Shown: positions 13,253 to 26,863 of the stretch, one piece after another
How the letters are laid out: each line of letters begins with the position of its first letter
How positions within the stretch are numbered: the first letter of the stretch is position 1
Assembly (NCBI RefSeq): GCF_016432865.1
Contig: NC_067403.1
Coordinates: forward strand, 169,446,001-169,510,000
Direction: 5' to 3'
DNA from: Antechinus flavipes
Lineage: Eukaryota
DNA: 64,000 bases
Translations under genes and position numbers: made by a program
The notes under the pieces: model-generated
The model's database searches: none
What the model saw: only the letters and a program-made list of their open reading frames with translations
Told to the model about the DNA's origin: nothing

Positions 13253-15192
13253 GTCTAGAAAGACCACATGGATGATATAAAGTCCTCTCTTTTGGAGGAT
13301 TCTTTTCTTTTGAAAGCCCATGCCCAAAGTTCCATTTAAATGTGTACACTAATTAATATGGTGTTAACTCACTGACCCTCAGACTTGTTGCTGTCCAGAT
13401 AAAGGCCATAATTAGATAAGAAGACCCAGAACAAATAGAGCCATATCGTATTTGGAAACTTGTTCTGGAGACAGCAAAGGGAAAACTAATAAGCTTCATT
13501 TTTATTCCATATGTATGTAAGAATGAAAGTTTGTATGTAGTGCATATGTGAATATAATGCATGCAAACCATGGAGTAACCGGTTGCCAATTTCATTATTA
13601 TTTCCAGGACAAAGCAGAATGAAATGAGGGGGAAAAAAACTATCACTTATATAAACTTTTGTAGGAAAACTTGAATCACCCTTCATAATTCATTTAAATT
13701 TGTTTAAGTGATAGGGATTAATTAAACCCAGGATTTCACTGGGAGAGGGAGCTTCCAGGTGACAAAGCTCCTATTAGTATAGGACTATATTCTATGATTC
13801 CCTAAGTACTAAGAAGTTAGTGACTAGCTAGGGTTGGAAAAATGTCAAAAGCAAGGTTTAACCCAGACCTTCCAGGTTTCAAAGAGAGTTCTCTATGCAC
13901 TGTACTATGCTACCTCTTAAATATTTTTATATCTAAGGGGGTGGAAGGGAGAAGTATAAGAACAGAAATCAAACCATGACTCTACTTAGTACCACAACCA
14001 TATTTCCTGCTTACAGAGATTGGATTTATTTCATTTAATTGAGGATAAAAAAATGTTTCTCCAGCTTATGTTTGTTTCTGAGCTTCCAAATGCTCTGAGT
14101 ACCTCTATTTTCAAATCTTTACTGAAGGACTATGTAAACAATGACTTCCCCCAGAAGGTCATCAGCCTCCCCCAAGTATAATTCAGAAAATCCAGTTCTC
14201 CAGGGCCAGATAAGCAGAAAAAAGGAACCCATGATTTGATCAATAACATTGCCAGATAGAAAGAGACCTATCTTGTAATCTGGAGTAAGAAAGGAATATT
14301 TGAGGTACAATGGGAGATAAGGTGAAGGTCACTAGAGGCAAGGCTCATATTTGCTATGCATGGCACCCTCAATATTTTTAAAGATATTTAAAGCTTTTAA
14401 TATGAGGATACAGTTCAGTTCAAATCAGCACTGCTCATCAAATTTATTGTTTGAAATGAAAAATGATCTCTACAGGATTAAAAATGAGATAGGGAACATT
14501 GCCACTCTGTGGGAGGCAGAGCAGGGAGGGCTGAGAGCTCTGAGCCTCCACCACTTCCAAATCTCTTGGGCTATTTTTAAATCCAAAGCCTCAAAAACAA
14601 TTCATCTCTACATGGCAGTTTAAAAAATATGCAACGAGCATAGGTCAAAAGTCAAGGGGAAAGCTATAACAAAATCCTTGTATTTTGGCATGTGCAGTCG
14701 CATATTCCTGATTAGAAATTGCAACAAAACTACATCAAGCAAACTCTATAATATGGGACCCATCTCTCAACCAAGCTGCCTGGGGAAGGGGCAACCGGGT
14801 GCTGGGTACTGCCCACGGAGCAAGTGGGGGAGAGAACGCCCCCCTGGGTAACTACATGAGGGTCAGAGACTGAGCAGGAGCTTGGGAGAAGAGAAGAGAC
14901 TCTACTGTTTCAAGTGATGGGATCCTGGCTCCAGACTTGTTGGGGGTTGACTCAAGACACCTGGAGAGAGACAGACAAGGCTTTGGAAGGCAGATGTAGA
15001 GGGAGAGCCGACTCCTCCATATGTCCCTGATTTCCAACTTGCCTCTCTAGAGGCTTCTGGGAATTTCTTCTTGGATGCTACTTCAGCTCAACCAAGAGAG
15101 AGGCCCCAGTCTTATCCAAGGAGAAATTTGTCAGTCTCTAGAGAAGCAAACTGGAATTCAGAGACATATGGAGGTTTTTGTCTCCAAGTCTG

Positions 15193-15798
15193 NNNNNNNN
15201 NNNNNNNNNNNNNNNNNNNNNNNNNNNNNNNNNNNNNNNNNNNNNNNNNNNNNNNNNNNNNNNNNNNNNNNNNNNNNNNNNNNNNNNNNNNNNNNNNNNN
15301 NNNNNNNNNNNNNNNNNNNNNNNNNNNNNNNNNNNNNNNNNNNNNNNNNNNNNNNNNNNNNNNNNNNNNNNNNNNNNNNNNNNNNNNNNNNNNNNNNNNN
15401 NNNNNNNNNNNNNNNNNNNNNNNNNNNNNNNNNNNNNNNNNNNNNNNNNNNNNNNNNNNNNNNNNNNNNNNNNNNNNNNNNNNNNNNNNNNNNNNNNNNN
15501 NNNNNNNNNNNNNNNNNNNNNNNNNNNNNNNNNNNNNNNNNNNNNNNNNNNNNNNNNNNNNNNNNNNNNNNNNNNNNNNNNNNNNNNNNNNNNNNNNNNN
15601 NNNNNNNNNNNNNNNNNNNNNNNNNNNNNNNNNNNNNNNNNNNNNNNNNNNNNNNNNNNNNNNNNNNNNNNNNNNNNNNNNNNNNNNNNNNNNNNNNNNN
15701 NNNNNNNNNNNNNNNNNNNNNNNNNNNNNNNNNNNNNNNNNNNNNNNNNNNNNNNNNNNNNNNNNNNNNNNNNNNNNNNNNNNNNNNNNNNNNNNNNN
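15193..15798. other. Assembly gap (606 N)
   Basis: Run of N. Confidence 1.
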
Positions 15799-18700
15799 TG
15801 TCTCTGTATCTCTCTATGTGTCTTTATCTCTCCAAGTGTATCAGGCTAATCCCCAAGATAATCTGGAGTTGGAATGAAAATTATCTTCTCGCTAAAGCTC
15901 CTTTCCTCATTCATTCATTCAGGGTTACATCAGTATTTTCTCTACCATGTTCCTGTTCTTAAGAAGCAAGTCCTGTTTCTCCAAGAGGGGAAAAAACATC
16001 ACATTCAGCCCCCCAAAAATGAACCCATCATTCTTCCAGTGGATGATGCTTCAGAACCTGGTAGAACTCAAGCTTGGCCCAATAGCAGAAATGCACCACA
16101 TTCTCCTCCCCCTTCTCCAACTCCATTGCTTCCATCATCCTCATGATAATGAAGCTATAGGAAGTCTATATTTCATCAGAATAGGAGTGACACTCAATCA
16201 CTATAAGAAATATTAAAAGAAAAGGAGGCAAGATATGAAGAAGCAAGAGAAGTCTGAAAAATGAAAAGTTAGTGCAACCTACAAGTATATTTGAAACCCT
16301 AGCAGAAATTTTAACAACAAATAGCAGCCAAATCCTAGCAGGAAGTAAGGATCTTGGATTAGACAGTCCATCATTTCTTTTGGTTTCCACTCCAAGAAAC
16401 ATCAAGCCTCATCTAGGACAAACTGATGGGCTGAAATCTAAACATCACGCTGATTTACCTAAAAGCTTCTCATCTCATTCACTCCCTCTCCCTTCTAACT
16501 GGGGAGCTGGAGAACAGAGCAACAAATTTCTCCTTCCTTTATAGAAGATTCAGATATGAACTTTCCAAGTCATCTTTTTTTCTCTCAGTAGTTCTTGGTT
16601 TTGACTTCATGGAACATCAAGACCATTACAAGTACCTCTGGTAAACCTCCTTTTCAACTTCCTTTTTTGTATTGTCTTCTCCCAATAGACTATAAGCACC
16701 TTAAAGCAGTATCTGTCTCTGTATTTTTCTTATTTGCATCCCAGTATTTAACATAACCTGGCATATAGTAGGCACTTAATATAGGTTTATTGAACTGAAT
16801 TGAATTCTGCATGAAGCAGTTTTGCTGAGAGTTAAATTACAACTTTTACCCATCTGAGATTTTCTTGGCAGATACTGGAGGGGTATGCTTTTCTTTCCTT
16901 GGCTCGAATAGATGGAGAAACTGAGGCAAACTGTCTGAGGTCAGAATTGTACTCATAAACATGAGTCTTCTTGACTCCAAGCCTGCAGTACTATCCACTG
17001 TGCACTCCAGCTGCCTTAAATGTGTGTGTATACATATTATTTTTAATTGCATTTAATTGGACCAGATCATTGAAATATAACTAGTAGGAAACAAACCACT
17101 ATGCATTTCACCACCAGATGCTGTTTCTGTTTATGGATAATTCTGTATTTTTTTGGAATGGGCAACTACATGATGAGATAGAACACTGGGGTCAAAAAAT
17201 TCATTCCTGAGTTCAAATGCTCCCTCCAATATTTACTAGCCATGGGACCCTGGACAAATCACTTAACCCTGTCTGCCTCAGTTTCCTCATCTGTAAAAAG
17301 AGCTGGAGAAAAAAAGGCAAACTCCTCCAATATCTTTGCCAAGAAAATTCAAAATGGGGTCACAAAGAGTCAGACACATCACCACCACTACTACAACAGC
17401 TGGCTTTTGGAGGCCACAGAACAACCTACCTCCTGTTTCCTTTAACCCCTGGGAGGAAACATCACAGGGTTTGCTTTTACTTACCACTCACCAATGCCGG
17501 CTTCCAGAATCCCCAGGACTCTTATCTTCCATCTTTATTAATAGGTTTCTGATTACTTTGGGGACACAGTTATGACATCAGGCAATTGAAGTGCTAAACC
17601 AAGACTAAGAGCCCTCTTCCCCCTGCTTAAATCAGTGAACCTCCTTCCATTCAATACTACCCGTCCTAGGACTCATTTCCAGTGGTTAGCAAACTTCTGC
17701 CCCATGACTCTCTACTCCACTCATATAAAACATCTCTTGCCAAAGAACAAGCTTTGCTTCCCAATGCATTCCATTCCCATTCATCAACTTTACCCTCACC
17801 CTCTTCCAAAAAAAGAAAAAGTTTACTAATGTTTTAATTTTCTCTCAATGGTTTTGCAAGGAACGAGAAGTTTACAATTCATTCTATTGACCATGCTCAA
17901 GTAAAAATTGTTCATTGGGAGATGTCACTGTTGTTGATGCTGATAAATGCATTTTTATAAAAATAATATGTTCAGTTTTCTCTTCTGTAAAATTAGGAAG
18001 ACTGGACTAGGTGACCCTTAGTTTACTTAAATTTAATAATAACATCTTACTGACCACATGTTACAGATATCATATAAATGAGTCGTTATTCAGTCATTTC
18101 AATCATGACTGAGTCATTGTTGTTCAGTCGTGATTAACCCTTTGTGATTTTCTTAGTAAAGATATTGGAGTGGTTTGTCATTTCCTTCCATAGGGGATGC
18201 ATTTTGTCAGGCAATCAGGGGTTAAGTGACTTGCCTAGAATCACAGTTAGGAAGTATCCAAGAATGGATTTGAACTTAGGGATTCCTGATTCCAGTGCTC
18301 TATCCACTGAGTCACTGGCTGTTTCATAAATGGGTGCTAGGGTTTAGCAATGGAAGTTACTAAAAGGTCATTAAGTCCAACTCCTATGTTTCCTATATTA
18401 GTGTTGCTTGTATATAAGCAGGATTACAGATGAAACTATGAAATTCTTTTCCTACTTATATATAAATACTTCATACAAGTAGACTTCAATCAAAGCCATG
18501 CTAGGAGTATAGAAAAAATCTGTGGGATGAACAGTTATCCAATTGCTATGATTTTCCTGTGACTCCTACTTTTAGGAAGAGATTGGTGGGGAGAAGAAAC
18601 TGGAGTTCTTCTATATAGAAAGATGCTTCTAAGATGCCATCTGGAGTAGGTACTGAAAGACAAACTATAAAGATGTATTGGAGATGCAGACAAACAAAGC

Positions 18701-21700
18701 AGATGAGGACCAGGAAAAGAATCTGCCCAGATTACTGCTGAAAGGTAGAAAACTTATTTTCTTCCTTCCTCTAAAAGGCAAAATGTGTATGTTTTGGAAG
18801 CAAAGCCACCTCCCAGAAGGTGAGTGAAATGATGGGAAATCCTCAACTATGTGGGGAGGAGGAGTTCCCCCATCTGAACCAACAGGTGCATCATCTGACT
18901 CAGGTGAGTTCTTTGTTCCTGATAGCACCTGGCGGTTAAATGAAGACAATGAGATTTAGAGAGAGAAGGGAAGAGCATCTCACTCTGGACTCCCAAAGAA
19001 AGTCCTAAATCCTAGGATAGCTAAAACATCCTTTGGAAAAAGAGGAAGCAACTCAAGAAAAATGAAGTTAAGTTCATAGACTACTGTTGCCTTTGACATG
19101 CTCACAGTTTTTGAGTTGTATTTGCCCTGGTTGCATGTATTCCTCACATATTTACCTCACTACCATGTTAATGTAAATCTGTACCCACTATCCCCCAAGG
19201 AAACTATACACAGACATGAGGTATACAGTGAAGATTTGAAATTGGAGCAAAATAGAAATAATGCTATTCATGGCTAGAAGAGGAAGTGAATTTCTCAGGT
19301 AACAAGAGCAAGACAAAGGTAAATAGCCTTTGTGCTTCATTGTTATAATCCACATAATGCCAAGAACAGATAAGGGAAGGAAATGAATATTTATTAAGCT
19401 GCTACCATGTGCCAGACACTGTGCTAAGCACCTTACAAATATCAGCTCATTTGATGATCACAACAACCCGAGAGGTAAATACTATTTTTAAGTTCCATTT
19501 TACAGATGAGAAATTAAAGGAAATTAAATTTAAAATTAAAATTAAAAAAATTAAGGCAGTTAATTGATTTGCACAATGTTGCATAGCTAAGCAAAAGTCT
19601 GAGGCTAGACTGAGCTCAGGTCTCAACACTTTAGGTGGATTGGTAGAAAGACACAGATGATAGACAAGAGTCATACTTGATTAGAAAGTATAGATGGATT
19701 GCAATCTTCTCTGATATAAAGCATTCCTAAATAGATGATTTCCCAAATATGTTGAAATATTAATAGCATACAACAGAATTTTAAAAAAAAATTTTTTTGG
19801 AATCAGAGTTAAAAAATTCTCTATATTTCATCTGGTCAGTCCTGGCTTCTACACAAAATTATAATAAAAAATGATTGCAGTGATAACAATTTATGGTTTT
19901 TCTTATTTTTAAAAACTGATAACAGTCACTATAATCTTCTTTAGTAATTCATATAAATGATCTTTTAAAAGTCTCACTGACAGAAAAGCATTGCTTAGAT
20001 CTAATCTAAGTCTAGAGAAGCATCTGGTTGAATTCAGTGTCAGAAGAGTTCAAGTCCTCCATCTGAGGACTTGTTCAAACAGTTCATGTCTTCCATCTGA
20101 CTCATACTGGCTGGATGATCTTCAGTGCTCTAGGCAACTTGTATAGTGGTTAAGATACAGAGAAGATGCTTCCCTGCAATGGCAGAGGGAGTGTCCTTAT
20201 TCCGAAGTTTCCTTTACATATTGAAACCATAGCCCTTTTTTTAGGGAGACCTTTGTTATTATATCATATTTATTTCCAAATATATTCCTCTCCTTTCTGT
20301 GATCCTGTAAGCTCATCATTTGGAATTTCCTTACTTGCTAACTCCATACAATTATGACATTAAATTGTTATTCAGTCATTTATCAGTTCCCTCTGATTTT
20401 TCATGACTCCACTTGGGATTTTCTTAGCAAACATACTGAAGAAGTTTGTCATTCCCCTTTCCAGTTCATTTGACCATGAGGAAATAGGAAAAAAAAAAAA
20501 AAAGGGTAAAGTGATTTGGCCAGAGGAAGTTTCTGAGACTAGATTTGAATTTGGATCTTCCTGATTTCAGGCCCAGAGTTCTATCCATTGCACCATCTAG
20601 CTGAACCATTATGTGACTGAACATTTGAATAAAAATAAATAAAAACAACCTAGTTCTATCTTTTTATAATTTAAGTTTGGAATCTTTTCGTGCAATGCTC
20701 AAGAAAGGCAAAGCTTGTTCTTGTCCTCTGCACTGAATTATGCTTGAAAATTATATTGCCTCCCTTAACTCGGTCTTCTTTAGAAAAAAGACATAGAGTT
20801 ATAGAAGACCTATCAGTGGGAAAGAAGTCCGAAAAAGGAAACATATCCATGGGGATATATTTTTTGATTCTTCTTAAGGCAAGAGAACAGAAGTCTTGCT
20901 ATTCTATGGGAATGCATACCGACGAATAGAATCACAATGTTATAATAGGCCTGGTATGTCTTTAGGAAAGTACCTTTGTAATATCAACATTCAGCTCAAA
21001 TGCCATAATTTAATTTTAATATGCTTTTCTTAGAAAATAAAAAGCTCATATTTCTCCTTCGTTAAGGGCTATTTTGAATTTTTATACTAAAACATGCAAG
21101 TCAGAAAATATCAAAAAATAAATTCATTATAAAAGATTTTTGATAATTCTGTTAGGATGGATATTTGCACAACTAACTTAAAGAATGATAGGATCATCCT
21201 TTTCCCCTATCCACACTGTGTGGATTTTTCTCCTTAGATTAAAATAATTTAAAGCTTTTAAACTTTTATGAGCTTTTTAATAGATAAATTTAAAATCAGG
21301 TAGAATGTATTAGATTTCAGATGGTATGCATATGCAGATATCCTGAATTAGTGGAAGAATAAACAAACAAGGAAACATTTCCTAAGCAGTATTATAATGG
21401 GTTTGCACTTCCAGGTAGAAGTTAATAATAATCCTTAAAATATTTTATTTTTATTTTAAAATTTGTTTAATATACTTATTTTAAGATTTGTATAATATTT
21501 TACCTATGTTGGAACAGCTAGGTGGGGAAATAGAGTGATAAATTTGGATTCATCTTCAAATCCAGTTTCAGATACTTATTCTGTGACTGAACAAGTCACT
21601 TAACCTTGTTTCCCTCAATTTCCTCTTCTGTCAAATAAGCTGGAGAAGGAAATGACAAATGACTCCAGTATCTCTGCCAAGAAATCCCCAAATGGGGTCA

Positions 21701-22246
21701 TGAAGTCAGAAAAAATGGAAAAATGACTAAACAGCAACTACCTGTTATCTCATTTGATTCACATAACAATTCTAGAAGATAGATGCCATTTTATCACCCT
21801 CTCCCCCATCTTAGAAATGAGGAAACTGAGACTGAGAGGTGTTAAGAGATTTGCCTAGGATCACACAAGCTAAGTGTCTGAAGTAGGATTGTAAAATCTC
21901 TAAGAGAAATCTTCCAAATCCAGTGCTTTATCCACTACACTACCTAACTGCCCTAATAAAATCATGAGGAATGTACAAATATGAAGTGAAGAACTAAAGA
22001 AGAGAAAGGTAAGGAGAGTACATTCCCTTAAAGTTTCTCACCTTAGTTTCCTCAGCTATAAAATGAGTGTTGGACTGAAGCATATTTAATGTTCGTGCAG
22101 TTCTAAAATTCTAATGTATGATCATTCTATTTTATTTCTTAAAATTTCCTATTATTTGATATCTTTAATTTTATATATATATATATATTTATTTATTTAA
22201 AAGTTAATCCTTTCCTCTCCCCTCTTCAGTGAGAGCATCACTTGTA

Positions 22247-24108
22247 TTTTTTTATAGTTTTTTCTGGTTATATGTGTACATTTTTAATACACATTTCTTT
22301 ATGAATCAAGTTGGGAGAGAAAAATCAGAACAAACGGGAAAAACCACAAGAGGAAAAAAGAGGAAAAAAAAACAGAAGAAAAAGGGAGGGGCATAGTGAA
22401 CAATGAATGTGTTGATTTAAATTCAGTCTCCATAGTTCTCTCTCAGGGTGCAGAAGATGTTTTCTATCCAAAGTTTATTGGAATTGTCTTGGATTGTTGA
22501 ATTGCTGAGAAGAACTAGGTAGGTCTTTCATAGTTTATCATGACACAATCTTGCTATTATTAGGTACAATGTATTTCTGGTTTGTGAAACCAGAATTCCA
22601 GGCCTTTCTAAAGTCAGCTTGTTTATCATTTTTTATAGAGCAATAATATTACTTCATTCTATGTTACTATGTTAATTGATTATTGTGTCATATGTATCTA
22701 ATGATACCATAATTTATTCAGCCATTCCCCAACTGAGGGCATCTACTCCTTTTCCAATTTTTTGCCACCACAAAAATAACTGCTACAAATATTTTTGTAC
22801 ATGTATGTCATTTTCCCTGCTTTATGATTTTCTTAGGATATGGACCCATTAGGAGTACTGTTGGATCAAAGGGTATGCAGTTTTATAATTCTTTCCGCAT
22901 AGCTCCAAATTGCTCTCCAGAATGGTTGGATCATTTCACAATTTCACCAACAATGCTTTAATGTCCCAGTTTTCCCACATCCCCTCTAACATTTATCATT
23001 ATCTTTTCCTGTCATCTTAGCCAATATGAAAGGTGTTTTAATTTGCATTTCTCTAATCAATAGTGATTTAGGATATTTTTTTCATATGATATAAGACTTT
23101 AATTTCATTTCTGAAAATTGTCTGTTCATACATTTATCAATTGGGAATTACTTGTATTCTTGTAAATTTGACACAATTCTTAATATATTTAAAATAAAGT
23201 ATTTATCAGAAACATTGGCCTTGAAAAAAATTTTTCCTAGCTTTTTACTTCCCTTTTAATCTTGTTTGTGTTGGTTTTGTTTGTGTAGAAACATTTTAAT
23301 TTAATGTAATCAAAGTTGTCCATTTTGCATTTCATAATGTTCTCTAGTTCTTCTTTGATCATAAATTCCTCCCTTCTCCAAAGATCTGACAGGTAATTTA
23401 TCCTTTGCTCTCCTAATTTGCTTATGGTATCACTCTTTATGCCCAAATCATTTATCCATTTTGACCTTATTTTGGTATGGGGTGTGAGATATGGGTCAAT
23501 GCCAAGTTTCTGACACATTTTTCAGTTTTCCCAGCAATTTTTGTCAAATAGTGAGTTCTTATCCCAGAAGCTGAAGTTTTGGGTATTATTTGATAAATAC
23601 TAGATTACTATCTTAATTGATTATTGTGTCATATGTATCTAATGTATTCTATTGATCCACCAGACTTATTTCTTAGCAAGTACCAAATGGTGTTGATGAC
23701 TGATGCTTTATAATATAGTTTTAGGTCTGGAACTGCTAGGCCACTATCCTCTGTATTTTTTCATTAATTCTCTTGATATTCTTGCAGTTTTGTTCTTGCA
23801 GATAAATTTTCTTATTTTTCTAGCTCTATAAATTTTTTTTTCATCAGTTTGATTGGTATGGCACTGAACAAGTAGACCAATTTAGGTAGAATTATCATTT
23901 TTATTATATTATCTTGGCCTACCCATTCCAATCATTTAGATACAACTTTATTTGTGTGAGAAGTGTTTTGTAATTGTGTTCATGTAGTTCATGGATTTGT
24001 CTTGGCAAATAAACACCCAAATACTTTATTTCATCTGCAGTTATTTTAGATACAATTTCTCTTTCTATATCTTGTTGCTGGGCGTTGCAGTAAAATATAG
24101 AAATGAGC
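22247..24108 (-). mobile_element. 5'-truncated L1 (~1.86 kb) nested in an older L1 remnant
   Basis: ORF2 fragments (IKYLGVYLPR; MCQKLGIDPYLTPHTKIRSKWI). 13-bp TSD AGCATCACTTGTA at 22234-22246 and 24109-24121. Confidence 0.92.
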
Positions 24109-26645
24109 AGCATCACTTGTAACAAACTAAAAAGCAGTTCCATAAAATTAACCACTACATTTACATATCAAAATTTATTGTCATTCTCCAACTGATGGGC
24201 ATGTACTTTGTTGTTGATCTTTTGCTGCATAAAAAGTACTACTATAAATGTTTTAGCTGTATATGTACCTTTCTTTCTCTTTCCCCCCTTCTTTTCTATC
24301 TCAAGCACTTAGTACATAGTAAGCGTATAATAAATGATTATTGGTAATTGCCTTCAGTATCTTTGAGGTATAAGCCTGCATCAGAGGATATGGAAGTAAT
24401 AGTCACATTTTAAAAAATCATAATTCGAAATTCCTTTCCAGAATGGTTGGGCCAATTCATAGTTCTACCAAAAATGTACTTTTCTGCCACAATACTTCAA
24501 ACATTTGTTATTTCTATCTTATGTGATCTTTTACAATTTTCTGGGTGGAAAATGAAGCCTCAGAGTATTTAATTTTATTTTATTTGTTATTATTCTCTCT
24601 TTTTGGTAATAATCTACAATCCTTCTTTAAATTTTTTATTTCCTGTAACACATTGAGGAATAACCCTTGGTCTTGTATGTTTATATGTGTTAATTCCTTA
24701 TATTTGATGAATATTAGATCTTTTTTCAGAAATATTTGTTAAAAATATTTTTTCTTTCCAATTGGCAATGCTCCTTCTTACCATAGCTGCATTTATTTTG
24801 TTGGTTCAAAATCTTTTAAGATTCATGTAATTGAAATGAGCAAATAGATAAAGATATGTGATCTCCTTTATACAAGTTTCATTAAGAATGATTTCCCCAG
24901 TTAAGAATTGTAAAAAGTATTTTAAAAGGCATGGCACAGTGAAAAGAGTCTTCTGACTTTGAAATGAAAGATGGTTTACATTCCCTCTCTGATACTGACA
25001 ACCTTTGTGATTTGAAGCAAATCATAAAGTCCTTCCTTGATCTCAGTTTCCAAAACTGCAAAAGTAAGAGAGAAGACTAGAAATTCTCTGAGGTCTTCTA
25101 CATCTGTGATTATATGTTTGTTCTCTTAATCAGATCATACATCCATCATGTAAGATGTTGGTCTAACCCTAATTTCTATAAAATTGCTTTCCAATTCTCC
25201 AAAAAGCTATTGTCAAATAAGGCGTTCTTCCTCCCAAAGTAAATGTTATTGACTTTATTGAACCCTGGGTTATTTAATGAATAAATAAATTTGAAAGGCA
25301 TTTTGTTTCTTTCTACATACAAATCACTGTGTAAAGCACTGGAGATAGGATACTAATAGAAAGGAAGATAATCCCTGCTTCTAAGAAGCTCATGTTTTAA
25401 TAAGGGAAGACAACATATATAGGAGGTTCCAGTGATAAAATAGATAGAAAAGCCCTGTAGTCCTTAATGTGGAATGGCAAAGCAGATAGTAATTAATCTT
25501 CTTTAATGGCATTTCCATCTATAAGATCATGCCATTTTTGAATATAGAACCATTGGCCACGCTAGCAACTTTGGTGGCAAGAACTTTCTTTTCTAGGTCT
25601 TCAGTAATTGCATTTGCTGAGGAAAGGAAGGGGACCTGCCATTCATGCAGAAGAATATACCAAGTAGTACCTCCACAAAGATTGATTCCTTAAATGACAT
25701 CAAGAAATTAATTATCTCTGATTTCTCCTTCTTTAAGATATTTCACAGTGTGTTTTTTTTTTCATTTTTTAACCAGGGTTTACCATGAAGAATTATTGTT
25801 TTCTGTTTAGTTAGTTCAGGTGGATACCACATTTCTAATTCTTACTGACAACATCCTGTTCTCAATATATTCTCTCCTGGGGCACAGAGGCAATTGTAAA
25901 AGTAGAGTCCAGTCATATCTCATTAAGAAGAGTGAGAAAATGTTTTATTTTTGGTATCTGAGTTTGAAAAGAATTATCTACCTTAGCATAAGTTTGGTCA
26001 ACATTTCAGGTTTTATTTCATGCACTGACCCACTCTCCTTAAAGATTTCTTTAAAAAGTAGGGTCCATATGCAACCAATAGATTTTTTATATATATAGTA
26101 ATAGATAGAGAAATAACTAATGATCTCCTAAGCTAGTCTGCTTCAAAATAGATTCCTCCTGATCACCTGATTTCAACTCAAATTGCCTACAGCAATGTGA
26201 GTGATAAGCTTCTTGGTCTTTTATTTAAGTGCACCTTAGTCAACTAGGTTGCTCAGTGGATAGAGACCCAGGCCTAAAGTCAGCTGGCCTCAGACAAGTG
26301 TCTGTGTGACCCTGAGCAGGTTTGCCTCACTTTCCTCATCTATAAAATGAACTGAAAAAGGAAATGGCAAAGCACTCCATTATCTTTGCCAAGAAAAATC
26401 CCAAAAAGGGTCACAGAGAGTCAGACAGAACTGATCAACAACAGCAACAAATTATTTCATTGCTCTAGGAGCTCCATTATGAATAATTTCCCTCTACTAT
26501 TGTAGGTCCATAATTATTCTGTTTTAAAGAGTTACCTAGAACATCTGAAAGTTAAGTGACTGCCTCAGAGTTGGATAGTCAGTACAAGTTCAAGATAGAG
26601 ACTGAACTTTGGTCTTCTTGATTCTAAAATCAGATCTTTTTCATT

Positions 26646-26863
26646 GGTGTGCTGGTGGTAAATATTTAACAATTGACTCTCCTAAAAATGCATGGAGGAC
26701 ACATATTTAAGTTTAATTTGCACTATTAATATTTTCTTCATCATTTTAAAAGAACAAATAACTAAAAATAAATAAAGTCCTGGTTTATAACATTTGCCAA
26801 TTCCCAAGGTGTAAATGCTCATACTCTCCTGAGCCAGTTCAAGCTGACCCCAGCCCACTCCTG
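26646..26863. mobile_element. Ancient hAT (MER63/Blackjack-like) non-autonomous element
   Basis: Ends GGTGTGCTGGT... and ...GAGCCAGTTCAAGCTGACCCCAGCCCACTCCTG resemble MER63-type termini. Confidence 0.6.

Noticed and set aside
14835-14850. Additional CTCF-like G-runs here and at ~30258-30274
   Set aside because: Six Gs after the A break the motif spacing and the 5' half fits poorly.
15071-15962. Long ORFs of 223-295 aa in the ORF track
   Set aside because: They are open only because they run through N gaps. The same applies to the ORFs at 36990-37270 and 55924-56382.
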